Shown here in pieces: positions 53,731 to 62,578 of a stretch of DNA of 64,000 nt (the stretch's first letter is position 1; every line of letters starts with the position of its first letter). Under the pieces are notes generated by a model. It had not been told where the DNA came from and ran no database searches. It saw only the letters and a program-made list of their open reading frames with translations. The translations under genes were made by a program, and so were the position numbers. This DNA comes from a virus, in IMG/VR virus record IMGVR_UViG_3300025314_000001, positions 1 through 64,000 of that record; one strand, given 5' to 3'.

Positions 53731-54972
53731 TCACTCTCGTTTTCCCCGCGGACCCGGAGGAGGGTAGAGCCTCGGGCGGGTCGCTCCCGCGCTCGACCGG
53801 AAACGGCTGCCCCTGCCGGCGGGCTTCTGCATGTCGTTCAGCCGCTTCAGAAGCGCTTCCGGGCTGCTCTGCCGCACGCCGGGGCGAATACCCTGTGGCC
53901 CTTGCGTAACGGCCCTGATGTAACGGAGGGCGCTTCGGTCCTGGATCTGGAAGACGTTGACAGGGTTGGTCGCCGCCAGCGCGTTGCGCGCTTCCGGTGT
54001 CATCCTTCCCCGTGGAGAGCGCGCCCCAATGAGTTCTCGGAGCTCAGCCTTGATCTCGCCGTAGTCGACCTGGAGCCCCGGGAGCCGGCGCCGCATCGCC
54101 TCGGGGATGACCATGCTCACGACGGCGCACCGGCAGCGGTTGTGCAGTGGTACTTGGGCGTCTTCGTCGAATGGCTTGTCAAACGGGACCATCTGGGCAT
54201 CGAGTCTCCAGCAGACCGCGCAGGTCCGACCGTCCAGGAACGCCGACCAGACCTTGAAGGTCATGGCGGTCCAGCCCCATGGGAGGCCGATGTCCGAGTC
54301 GGTGACCTCGTCGACCCGGGGTCGTGTTCGTCGGGCTGCCTCGTCCCGGAGCCGAGATATCTCGCCCCAGGCGCTTCGGTGCTCGTGGCCGTAGGCCTCG
54401 AAGGCCTGGTAGCTCGCGTGCCCCACGAGCTTGTCGGAGAGCGTTCCGCCGGCGCGCTTCAGCGCTTCCTCGAGTCGCCCCCCGTCGCGCCCCCAAAGCG
54501 AGGTCCCGAGCATCATTGCGCTCGCCCACTGCGACACCGCGGAGCCGGTGGCGATCGTTGCGGCGAGCTCGTCGACCTGTACCGCCTCCCAGACCTTGGG
54601 GGCCGCTGGGATCGTCCAGCCGAATCCCTTGGCCTTCCCGTAGGCCCCGACGATGGCCAGCTCGGACGCTACCTGACCCTGGGCGAGGTCGCGGGCCGCC
54701 ATCCGGCCCCGGGTCGTAGCCTCCCAGAACTGGTCTTCGAGCTGCCCGGTCTCCTGGTGGATGGCCTGGCGAAGGAACCGCTGGGACTCGTCGGCGTCTC
54801 GCGTCTTGGCCCGGCGCCGGTTCGCCTCGATGAGCCTCCCCGTCGCTGCCTGCGTCGCCTCGGTCATCATGCCGAGGCTGACCGCCTCAGCGGCGACGAC
54901 CCGTTGAATTGCGTCCCGGTGCTGAGCCAGCAGACGCTTTCGGGTTTCCTCGCTCAGTACCTTCGGCGGCAT
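53731..54972 (-). CDS. MuF / SPP1 gp7-like minor head protein
   Basis: KVWSAFLDGRTCAVCWRLD...PLHNRCRC. Confidence 0.85.
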   Translation of the reverse strand: MPPKVLSEETRKRLLAQHRDAIQRVVAAEAVSLGMMTEATQAATGRLIEANRRRAKTRDADESQRFLRQAIHQETGQLEDQFWEATTRGRMAARDLAQGQVASELAIVGAYGKAKGFGWTIPAAPKVWEAVQVDELAATIATGSAVSQWASAMMLGTSLWGRDGGRLEEALKRAGGTLSDKLVGHASYQAFEAYGHEHRSAWGEISRLRDEAARRTRPRVDEVTDSDIGLPWGWTAMTFKVWSAFLDGRTCAVCWRLDAQMVPFDKPFDEDAQVPLHNRCRCAVVSMVIPEAMRRRLPGLQVDYGEIKAELRELIGARSPRGRMTPEARNALAATNPVNVFQIQDRSALRYIRAVTQGPQGIRPGVRQSSPEALLKRLNDMQKPAGRGSRFRSSAGATRPRLYPPPGPRGKRE

Positions 54973-56596
54973 TTCGCGGCTTTTCCTCTTCGAGCTCTTC
55001 GTTGCCCTCTTCCGTCCCCTCTTCTCCCGCTCGGAGCGCAGCCTCACGAAGCGCGTCGGTCATGGCCTGGTTCTCGTCGATCCCTTCGTCGATTTCCTTC
55101 TGAATCTGCACCCGCGTCTCGGGCGAGCAGTGCGGGACCAGGGACAGTGCCAGACTGGTCTTGTACTCTTTTTGGAATGTGCTCGACGGGATCGGAATCG
55201 TCTCCACCGTCAGTGCTTCATCGACCAATTCTCCGCGCTCGTTTAGCCGGAACTTCGAGCACCCGTACACGGCCCAGACGACTGCTTCTCTGCGCGCATC
55301 ACTGAGACAGCTGTAGACCTCTTTGGTGGCACGGCGAACGAACTTCCCGAGCGCACCCAAGACCTTCTCGGCTGACGACGAATCCTCTTTTTTGCTCTCC
55401 CCGGAGCGTCCGACCGTGGACGCCGTGTTGGGCAGCGATAGCGCCATCGCCGTTACGGTCAGGTAGATCTCTTCCTTGAGACTTTGGAGGCTCTTGTCGG
55501 CAATACTGAAGGCGTTCCCGCTCGGACTGGCATAGCCGATCTCATCCTTGTCCCCGATGGGTACGATGCCTTTCTCAAGTAAGGCCTGTAGGGTCTTTTC
55601 TCCGCGCTTCTCGTCCTCTCCGGTGGCACTCGGAAGTGCTTCTCCGACTCCTCGGACTTCCGAACCCTGTCGATACCACGGGATTTCGATCAGATTCCTG
55701 CCTATCGCACCGAAGAGATCGGAGCGCCGCTGGAAGTGCTCTTCGGCTAACGCTCCGATCTTATTGCCCGCCCAAAGCCCATCCGGTAGCTCAAGCACTA
55801 CGATCGGAATGCGATTAAACGAGGTCGTTCCCTCACCCACCTGGAACATGATCTCGTTGTCGCCGATGGGATCTCCGATCTTGTGGAGTTTTGACTCGAG
55901 CACCACGAACTTGGCAACCCCGCCCTCCATGTACCAGCACTTGAATCGGCACTTGTACTCGGTGCGCTCGTTCCAAGGGTCAAGGCGCTCGATGAGTTTG
56001 CGCATCGTGATGGCCCATAGCCACTTGCCATCATCTCCGATTCGCCAATCCAAGAGCTCTTGCTGGTCCAGTCCCTCGTCCCAGCAATACCCGCGCCCCG
56101 CCCCCGTCTTCTCTTCTTGGGCCCGGTTCGTGATCTCTGCGCCAACAGGGGGGAAGTCGAGATAGATGACGCCACGCTTGAAGAGCAGCGCCTGCGTCAC
56201 GATGCGGCGCATCACTTCTGCGAAAGGGCTTCCGGCTCGGTCCGCGTCGTTTGCGAAGTCTGGCCAGAATGCCTTGTCCGGTAGCTCCCCCGGAGTGTTC
56301 GGGTCTTTGGCGTCCCCCGCTGCGGTTACCGAAAGCTCTTCCTCGAAAAGCGCCGCGACCAAGTAGTCGACGACCTGGCCAAAGTAGTTGATGTACGAGA
56401 CGCGCTGAATCCGGTACTCGTAAGTCTGCTGCGTCTCGTTGATCGCTTTCTCGATGAATTTTCGCGCCTGCTCCTTGAGCTCATACCCGCCCTTGTAGAG
56501 CAAGCGGATGCGCTGCCAGATCTCCGGCTTGTTCTCCGGATTCTGCTGCGACAGCTTCTTGAAGCCGACGCTGGAAACAGACTCGGCGAAGGCCAT
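54887..56596 (-). CDS. Portal protein
   Basis: ETQQTYEYRIQRVSYINYF, DADRAG, RIPIV, SGESKKED; acidic tail; position. Confidence 0.88.
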   Translation of the reverse strand: MAFAESVSSVGFKKLSQQNPENKPEIWQRIRLLYKGGYELKEQARKFIEKAINETQQTYEYRIQRVSYINYFGQVVDYLVAALFEEELSVTAAGDAKDPNTPGELPDKAFWPDFANDADRAGSPFAEVMRRIVTQALLFKRGVIYLDFPPVGAEITNRAQEEKTGAGRGYCWDEGLDQQELLDWRIGDDGKWLWAITMRKLIERLDPWNERTEYKCRFKCWYMEGGVAKFVVLESKLHKIGDPIGDNEIMFQVGEGTTSFNRIPIVVLELPDGLWAGNKIGALAEEHFQRRSDLFGAIGRNLIEIPWYRQGSEVRGVGEALPSATGEDEKRGEKTLQALLEKGIVPIGDKDEIGYASPSGNAFSIADKSLQSLKEEIYLTVTAMALSLPNTASTVGRSGESKKEDSSSAEKVLGALGKFVRRATKEVYSCLSDARREAVVWAVYGCSKFRLNERGELVDEALTVETIPIPSSTFQKEYKTSLALSLVPHCSPETRVQIQKEIDEGIDENQAMTDALREAALRAGEEGTEEGNEELEEEKPRNAAEGTERGNPKASAGSAPGRNSTGRRR

Positions 56597-56599
56597 CGA

Positions 56600-57232
56600 T
56601 TACCACTGCACGCCGAGGCCAGTCGGGGCTCCGGTGGCGGTTCCGTTCGTCACCCCCACCGAAAGGCCCAGGGTCGTCCCGACGCCCGCAGCGCTGAACG
56701 CAACGACCTCCACCGCTGCGGCCGTCCCGTGGGCGCGCCCGGTCAGAACGTACTCGTCGATCACCACGGCTACGAAGGCGTGGGTTGTGGCCTTGCCCTC
56801 TAGTACCAAGACAGCAGCCTGAACCGCCGCGTTGATCCGAGCGGCGACCAGCGCCTGCGTATCGTCCGTCGCTAAGAACGTGACCACAACGTCCCCGGTG
56901 TCGTAGATCGTTCCTTCGTCGAAACGAAGCGTGACCGTTTCGCCGCCGGCAAAGGTCGGCGTCGTGTCTGCGCTGCTACTCGTGACCGTGGCTGCCGTCC
57001 CGGTCCCAACGGTCTTCCACGGCCCCATGATTCCGTTGGTGTAGCCCGCTCCCAGCGGGATCGCCTTCGTACCCCGACTATCCGTCAGGTAGATCGTCGC
57101 CTCTGAGTTCGCCCATACCAACGCCGCCGGCTTGCCGCCTCCGCCCTCGGCGACCAAGTCGAGGTCGCTGGCAAGCGACGTGTAGTACTCGGTAACGATC
57201 GGCGAAAGGGCCGCCAGAAGCTTGTTGCTCAT
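56600..57232 (-). CDS. Hypothetical virion structural protein
   Basis: Ala/Thr/Val-rich beta protein between TerL and portal. Confidence 0.6.
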   Translation of the reverse strand: MSNKLLAALSPIVTEYYTSLASDLDLVAEGGGGKPAALVWANSEATIYLTDSRGTKAIPLGAGYTNGIMGPWKTVGTGTAATVTSSSADTTPTFAGGETVTLRFDEGTIYDTGDVVVTFLATDDTQALVAARINAAVQAAVLVLEGKATTHAFVAVVIDEYVLTGRAHGTAAAVEVVAFSAAGVGTTLGLSVGVTNGTATGAPTGLGVQW

Positions 57233-57236
57233 CGGT

Positions 57237-58874
57237 TCAACTCATGGTCGGCAGAAACCTAGACCGCATCGCCCGGTCACGTTCCGCCTGTTGGGTGTTG
57301 CAGAGTTCGTCGTGCAGGGCCGCCAACGCATCCACGATATCGTCGTGGTCGTCTTTCTTGGGGTCCCCGGTGAACGACAGGACCTCGTTCAGGAAGACGT
57401 CGACCCATTCGCCGTAGAGCTCAGAGTCTTCTCCGGGCACGAATATGTGTCCCCGTTTCCCTTCGATGGGTTTTCCTTCGTCGTCGGTCGGAACGTTCCA
57501 AGTGGATGAGACCGGGGTTGCGCGGACAAGCTTGTCGGCCGTCGCGCGCAGGGCTCTCAGATAGGTTCGGTTGTTGGCGTCACAGAGGTGCTTTGCGATG
57601 AACTGCGCAGTGCCCTTCTCTCCTCCGCCACCGATGTACCATCGGATGATTCCCCGGCGTTCAGTCAGCTTCGCCTTCATCGTCAGGACGAACGACGTTG
57701 CCTCGACCTGCTTTCGCTCCATCCCGACAACGTAGATGTCACTTCCGAAGATGTAGCCGCGGAGCAGCACCGACCAGTCGGATTTGGTGCCCACCGTGTA
57801 GGCGAGGTCGGCGCCGTAGGCGATCGCGTACCCGCCTTCGCTCGGGAGCCTGGTGAAGCGCTGAACTCCATTAAAGAGCGCTCCCTCGACGGTCTTGACG
57901 AGCCAGTTACCGTCGCGGAGCTGAAGGCGCCTGACGCGGTCTGGAATCGACGCAACGCGCGCCCCGTACTTCGGGTCTGCCCTCGGGTTGTCCGCGAGCA
58001 TTGCCGGAATGAAGGTCCGCGAAAGTGACTTCGGTGTGCCGTCTGGGTTCAGGACCCGTTCTCGGCAGTAGACCTCGTTCCCTGCATCATCGAGGTAGAC
58101 GTGCCAGATTTCTCCGGGCTTGGCCGGAGGAAGCTGTCCAGCCTCGTCTTTGCGCTCTGTCAGTCCCTGCGCTTTGAAGTTCGGGTTGAGCCACGCCCCC
58201 CAGCGTCGGAAGACCCACTCGTGCCCGTTGCCGCCGGGGTTGGTGGTAGCCCGCACGTAGACCGGGAGTCCAGGACGACTTGATCGGTTTCGTCCAATGA
58301 GGAAGGTGTACTGCTGCTCGGTGAAGTGAGTGAGCTCATCGAAGATCAGAAGGTTGATTTCCCAACCGTCGTAGTTCTTCCAGTCGTCCTCGTTGTTGCA
58401 GTGGCTGAGACTGACCTCGGCACCGCTCGGAAACGTCCACCGATAGTGAGGGCTCTGGACCTTCGTCGCACCGGGGCACACCGCCGGGTATAAATCCCAG
58501 CTCTTGTGAATGAGGTCGTCGAGATCTTTGCTTTGGCGACGCAGGATGAGAGTCCGCATCCCCGGCAGGTGACCCCACTTGAGCGGGAACGCGACGGATG
58601 CGGCGGATTTGCCACCCCCAGCGGCCCCGCCATACAGTACCTCATCGCAATCGATGTCCCAGAAAAGCTCCTGAGGGCTTTTCCCGTTGTCGTAGGTGGG
58701 CCTGCCTTCGACGGGCGGATTCGGATTCCAGACTGCGGAGACGTCAAGCGGAACCGGGTCCGACTCTTCGTCCTCAACCGCCCGCAGTCTCGCCAGCCTC
58801 GCGCCGGCGATCGAGCTCCATGAGGTCTTCGAGGATCCCCTGGAGAATCTTTCTTGCAAGAACCCCTTTGACAT
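57237..58874 (-). CDS. terL: Terminase large subunit
   Basis: LYGGAAGGGKS Walker A, LIFDELTHF Walker B, ATTNPGG, RTFIPA.L.DNP, GADLA, HDDIVDA nuclease. Confidence 0.96.
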   Translation of the reverse strand: MSKGFLQERFSRGSSKTSWSSIAGARLARLRAVEDEESDPVPLDVSAVWNPNPPVEGRPTYDNGKSPQELFWDIDCDEVLYGGAAGGGKSAASVAFPLKWGHLPGMRTLILRRQSKDLDDLIHKSWDLYPAVCPGATKVQSPHYRWTFPSGAEVSLSHCNNEDDWKNYDGWEINLLIFDELTHFTEQQYTFLIGRNRSSRPGLPVYVRATTNPGGNGHEWVFRRWGAWLNPNFKAQGLTERKDEAGQLPPAKPGEIWHVYLDDAGNEVYCRERVLNPDGTPKSLSRTFIPAMLADNPRADPKYGARVASIPDRVRRLQLRDGNWLVKTVEGALFNGVQRFTRLPSEGGYAIAYGADLAYTVGTKSDWSVLLRGYIFGSDIYVVGMERKQVEATSFVLTMKAKLTERRGIIRWYIGGGGEKGTAQFIAKHLCDANNRTYLRALRATADKLVRATPVSSTWNVPTDDEGKPIEGKRGHIFVPGEDSELYGEWVDVFLNEVLSFTGDPKKDDHDDIVDALAALHDELCNTQQAERDRAMRSRFLPTMS

Positions 58875-59304
58875 GCTGGTTCAGGTGCTTTTCGACGATG
58901 TCGAGAAACTCCTCTTTCGCTTGCTTGACCTCGACATTGACCTTCTGCCCGTACTTGCCGGGCCTGGTCCGCTCAAGCAGGAAGGCCAGCGCCGTCCATT
59001 GCCCATTACGAATAAGATGTTCGTTGCCGTTGGCGTCGGTGGTGAATGCGTCTTGACCCGCTTTTTGGATGGCTTCGAGCGCCGTCTGCTCGAACATTGC
59101 CTGAGCCTGGTTGACCTTCGTGGCGAAGTCCGTGTAGGCGTTCGTTCTGCCTTCACTCAACGCCTTGTCTCCCCAGCGCTTCCACTCGTAGATAAGCTGG
59201 CGAGACAGCCCGCATCGCTCAGCTGCTGTGGATAGCGGCATCCCCTTGTTGGCGCAGACGCAAATCTTGTTCGTGGTCTCTGTGTCGGGTTTCTGTGCTG
59301 CCAT
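58774..59304 (-). CDS. terS: Terminase small subunit (HTH)
   Basis: AAERCGLSRQLIYEW HTH; WTALAFLLERTRP.KYG; overlaps terL. Confidence 0.8.
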   Translation of the reverse strand: MAAQKPDTETTNKICVCANKGMPLSTAAERCGLSRQLIYEWKRWGDKALSEGRTNAYTDFATKVNQAQAMFEQTALEAIQKAGQDAFTTDANGNEHLIRNGQWTALAFLLERTRPGKYGQKVNVEVKQAKEEFLDIVEKHLNQHVKGVLARKILQGILEDLMELDRRREAGETAGG

Positions 59305-59307
59305 GGA

Positions 59308-60027
59308 CTATTCCGCGGCGGTCGACTCGGGCTCTCCGGCTTTGCGCATTCGGAAGATCTCACGGAGCTTGTCACCGGACTGGAAGCGGTTCGCCTCGAG
59401 TCCAAGCTCTTCCAGAAAGGCCGCCGCGTCTTCTGGCGACTTGAACACCGAGACGAAGTAGAAGTCCGTGGTGTTGTAACGAGCCCCAGCCTCGGCCGTC
59501 TTCGCAACAACCTCACGCGCTGCCCGTAGCCGGTCGGCCATTTCCTCAAGCTTTTGTGCCTCGGCGTTGTCGACCTGGTCTCCGAGCATCCGCATGACGT
59601 CGGCATCGTCGAATCCGGTAGCCTCCAGGTCGAGCCCCGGCAGCATCTCGTTGAGCTTCTCTGGATCCCAATCGCCCTGAGCGGACCAGTTGTTCAGGAG
59701 CAGGTTCGCTTCCTTCTCCTGCTTTTCGTCAAGGTCGACTACCGCAACAGTCAGCAGATAGTCTGGCTTCGTCTCCATCTGGTCTAGAATCGAGAGCCGC
59801 TGGTGCCCGCCAACGAGGTTCCCTGTGCGCTTGTTCCACTGCACGGGCCCCAATAGTTTCAGCTTCTTGATCCCGTTGCGAAGCTTCTTTCGTGCCGCAT
59901 CGCTGATGCGGCGCGGGTTGTAAGGCGCATTCTTGAGCTCACTCCGTCGCCTTACCTCACAGACGAATCCTTCGAATTGCGTCAGCGTGAGCTCTTCGAG
60001 TGAACTAGCCGAGTCCATAGAACTCAC
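59308..60027 (-). CDS. ParB/Sulfiredoxin-like N-terminal domain protein
   Basis: APYNPRRI, PVQWNKRTGNLVGGHQR, EKEANLLLN. Confidence 0.88.
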   Translation of the reverse strand: MSSMDSASSLEELTLTQFEGFVCEVRRRSELKNAPYNPRRISDAARKKLRNGIKKLKLLGPVQWNKRTGNLVGGHQRLSILDQMETKPDYLLTVAVVDLDEKQEKEANLLLNNWSAQGDWDPEKLNEMLPGLDLEATGFDDADVMRMLGDQVDNAEAQKLEEMADRLRAAREVVAKTAEAGARYNTTDFYFVSVFKSPEDAAAFLEELGLEANRFQSGDKLREIFRMRKAGEPESTAAE

Positions 60028-60676
60028 GTCGCGCCGGGACTACCCCGACGTAGGGAAAGACCTGGGCAATCCGATCGAAGTCATCAGGGTAGTTGTCAAA
60101 GAGCCACAGCAATCGAGGGATCGACAGATCAATCCCGGTCGTTTGGGTGCCCTTCTGAGCGTCTGGCAGCGGTATGTTCCGAGCCTTCAAGTACGCCAGC
60201 ACGTCGAACTTGTTCCACCCGACAATCGGGCAAATCGTCTTCGTTCTCTGCGCCTTCCGCGCGTTGGATGCGCGGAACATGTAGTCGGCTCGACGCTGCC
60301 CGTTGGCTATCAGCCGAATTCCCGTGTCTTGCGCAGCCACCTCGTAGATATCCTGAATGGAGAGCTTCTCGAGGTCGCTGTATTGGTCGCGCACAGGGCA
60401 GAAGATCTCGTTCTGTAGCGACACCAAGACTTGCGGGTGAATGTACTCCCGGACCGTTACCCCCCAGCGCTCCTTCGCGTAATCCATGAGCGGCTGACAG
60501 CACCGCAATCCAGGCAGGAACGACATGAAGAAAGCCTCCATCCGCTTGAAGGCTCTCGAACAGAGGTCGATGACAGCGAGACTGTCTTTTCCGCCTGAGT
60601 AGGCGACCAGAACAGCCTCGCTCTCATCCGCGGCTTCGCGCAGGATCCTTTCGGTCTCCTGCCATGGCCGCTCCAT
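60005..60676 (-). CDS. PAPS-reductase-family (PP-loop) protein lacking the reductase Cys motif
   Basis: AYSGGKDS PP-loop, GQRRADYMFR, PIVGWNKFDVLAY; no C-terminal ECGxH. Confidence 0.88.
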   Translation of the reverse strand: MERPWQETERILREAADESEAVLVAYSGGKDSLAVIDLCSRAFKRMEAFFMSFLPGLRCCQPLMDYAKERWGVTVREYIHPQVLVSLQNEIFCPVRDQYSDLEKLSIQDIYEVAAQDTGIRLIANGQRRADYMFRASNARKAQRTKTICPIVGWNKFDVLAYLKARNIPLPDAQKGTQTTGIDLSIPRLLWLFDNYPDDFDRIAQVFPYVGVVPARREFYGLG

Positions 60677-60690
60677 CGCTTTCGGCAAGT

Positions 60691-60804
60691 TCAGCCTGCG
60701 GAACTGCCCACGCCGGGCGTAAAGCGGATCGCTCCGCCGCCAGATGCCTTACTGAACCTCACGGGCGCCTTTCGCACGGGAGCCTTCTTTTTTCGAGCTG
60801 CCAT
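60691..60804 (-). CDS. 37-aa basic peptide MAARKKKAPVRKAPVRFSKASGGGAIRFTPGVGSSAG (not in ORF track)
   Basis: GGAGG RBS; C-terminal 22 aa nearly identical to the next peptide. Confidence 0.85.
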   Translation of the reverse strand: MAARKKKAPVRKAPVRFSKASGGGAIRFTPGVGSSAG

Positions 60805-60863
60805 TGTTCAACCTCCGGAGGGTTGTTGTTGTCGAACGCCGGACGACCCGGCGAGTCGTCTGT

Positions 60864-61025
60864 TCACCCAGCAGAACTACCAGCGCCGGGCGTAAAGCGG
60901 ATCGCTCCGCCGCCGGCTGCTTTACTGAAACGCGCCGGGGACTTCCTACTCTCCCGACGCAATTTGGACTTCACGTCGTAGGGTCCACCCTTGCGGGTGT
61001 AGCTGGGTAGCTTTGCTGATGCCAT
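60864..61025 (-). CDS. 53-aa basic peptide MASAKLPSYTRKGGPYDVKSKLRRESRKSPARFSKAAGGGAIRFTPGAGSSAG (not in ORF track)
   Basis: GAGGTG RBS; paralogous C-terminus with synonymous third-position changes. Confidence 0.85.
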   Translation of the reverse strand: MASAKLPSYTRKGGPYDVKSKLRRESRKSPARFSKAAGGGAIRFTPGAGSSAG

Positions 61026-61110
61026 TTGTCACCTCTCAAAGTTCGGTGTTGACCTGGTGTCGTGATGTCCCCGCGCGCGCGTAGGCGTCGGTCGCTGATC
61101 GGGTGTAAGG

Positions 61111-61203
61111 CTACTTCCCCTTACCTTTTCCCTTGCCCTTGCCGCCCTTGGGCATCTTCGGACCGCCGTTTCCCTTACCTTTGCCTTTTCCGCCGCATCC
61201 CAT
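61111..61203 (-). CDS. 30-aa Gly/Lys peptide MGCGGKGKGKGNGGPKMPKGGKGKGKGKGK (not in ORF track)
   Basis: AGGAG RBS; GK repeat encoded with varied synonymous codons. Confidence 0.7.
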   Translation of the reverse strand: MGCGGKGKGKGNGGPKMPKGGKGKGKGKGK

Positions 61204-61258
61204 GATGGTTTTCTCCTGTTGCTGCCGCCGGACGGCGGCTTGAAGTCTTCGAATCTAG

Positions 61259-61332
61259 GCCCGGAGGCGGGAGTCGAACCGCGCTGCTTCCGGGGTATGA
61301 ACCTCAGTGCCCTTCCGTTGGGCCACTCCGCA
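61259..61332 (-). tRNA. Degenerate tRNA with CAT anticodon (Met/Ile2-like; possibly pseudo-tRNA)
   Basis: D-arm GCCC/GGGC, loop TT-CAT-AC, T-loop GGTTCGACTCC, acceptor CGGAG/CTCCG; mismatches in the stems; no encoded CCA. Confidence 0.6.
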
Positions 61333-61524
61333 GTAGCCCCCTTGGTGCCGTTGCGACGGATCGCAGAAGCTCGGGGGCCTGTCGGTGCTCCCGGCGTCTC
61401 GAGCCCTCGAGTGGTGCCGACCCACTCCCCGGCGGGTACAGGCCGCCGGGCATCGCCGGATGGCGAGGGCTTACGTTCTGACCAGAGGGTTCTCGGTTCC
61501 AAGCCGAGCGGCCCACCCCGGGCC

Positions 61525-61812
61525 ATGACGCTTGAATCGGTTGATGATTTGTGGCCCGTCCTTGCTGCTCCCGGAAGTGGCCCTAGCCAAACGGGTATGT
61601 CCCAGGATGAGCTCTGCGAGACGACCGAGGCGGACTTGGAGGCGGCCCTATCTGCGCCCGGGGTCCACATCTACACCTGCATGGTAGCGACGGGAGGGAC
61701 CCCCGAGCACATCCTCGCGATCCGTGGGCACAGCGGCCGATGCTTCGTCTCGACTGACGCTGTCCGGGGCGAACCGGAGGCCTCGTCTGAACCGCGCGGG
61801 ATCCTGACCTGA
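61525..61812 (+). CDS. Hypothetical protein
   Basis: 3' part of ORF 61219..61812 from MTLESV; composition is plausible but no motif. Confidence 0.35.
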   Translation: MTLESVDDLWPVLAAPGSGPSQTGMSQDELCETTEADLEAALSAPGVHIYTCMVATGGTPEHILAIRGHSGRCFVSTDAVRGEPEASSEPRGILT

Positions 61813-62131
61813 CAGGTTGTTCCGCCTGGGTGCAGAGGGTCGCTCGCTTCGCTCGCTCCGGCTCCTCCCCCCAGTCTTCGGGCTCGCCCAGAGGCGATCC
61901 CTCAGACAGCCCCCAGGTTCGAAACTGCCACCCTCCTATCCATCTCGCTTTCGCGTGGTTCGTGCTGGTCAGTAATGGTCAGTCTAACACCGGCCAACCG
62001 AGCGTATTTCAGAGCCTGAATCGGCTGAAGTACGAATAAAATTCAGGAATTTTCAAAAAGGCTCCGGAACCCATGGGCCGGGCGTACATCTCCGGACATC
62101 GTGGCCCGTACTTTGCACTGCTGGGGCGGCT

Positions 62132-62578
62132 ATGCCCGACCCATGCTCCGTTGAACTCGGAAGACAAATCTACGAAGCCATTAGAGACCAAGCCTTTGGC
62201 TCTTTCGAGCGACGGCTAAGCAAGCGTGCAGGGGGCCGAGCTCCGGAGAAACCTGTTCTTGTCGAGCATTTCCTTCCCAAATTTCGCCAGGAAACTGGCC
62301 GGCGACAGCCCACGCAGGTCGTTTATTTCATCCAATCGAGCTCCGGGGCGATCAAAATTGGGACAAGCTTGTCGGTCCGGTTAGCCAAGAGGCTCACCGA
62401 GCTCCAGAGCGGTAACGATGGCGATTTGAGCGTGATTGCTACGCTTCCCGGTGGCCTCCCGCTCGAGCGCAGGCTTCACCGCAAGTTTCGGTTGGCTCGA
62501 ATTCGACACAACAACGAATGGTTTCGACCGGTTGAGCCGCTTCTGGCCTTCGTTCGAAGGGTCGCGCAAGCGCCATGA
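62132..62578 (+). CDS. T5orf172 / GIY-YIG-like domain protein
   Basis: VYFIQ...IKIG.S...RL..LQ.G...ERRLH.KF...R...EWF. Confidence 0.85.
   Translation: MPDPCSVELGRQIYEAIRDQAFGSFERRLSKRAGGRAPEKPVLVEHFLPKFRQETGRRQPTQVVYFIQSSSGAIKIGTSLSVRLAKRLTELQSGNDGDLSVIATLPGGLPLERRLHRKFRLARIRHNNEWFRPVEPLLAFVRRVAQAP

Noticed and set aside
53902-55305. 467-aa plus-strand ORF and similar long antisense ORFs
   Set aside because: High-GC shadow ORFs opposite well-supported portal and MuF genes.
60005-60676. cysH sulfate-assimilation gene or DndC phosphorothioation system
   Set aside because: It lacks the catalytic ECGxH and recognisable Fe-S motifs, and there are no other cys or dnd genes in the window.
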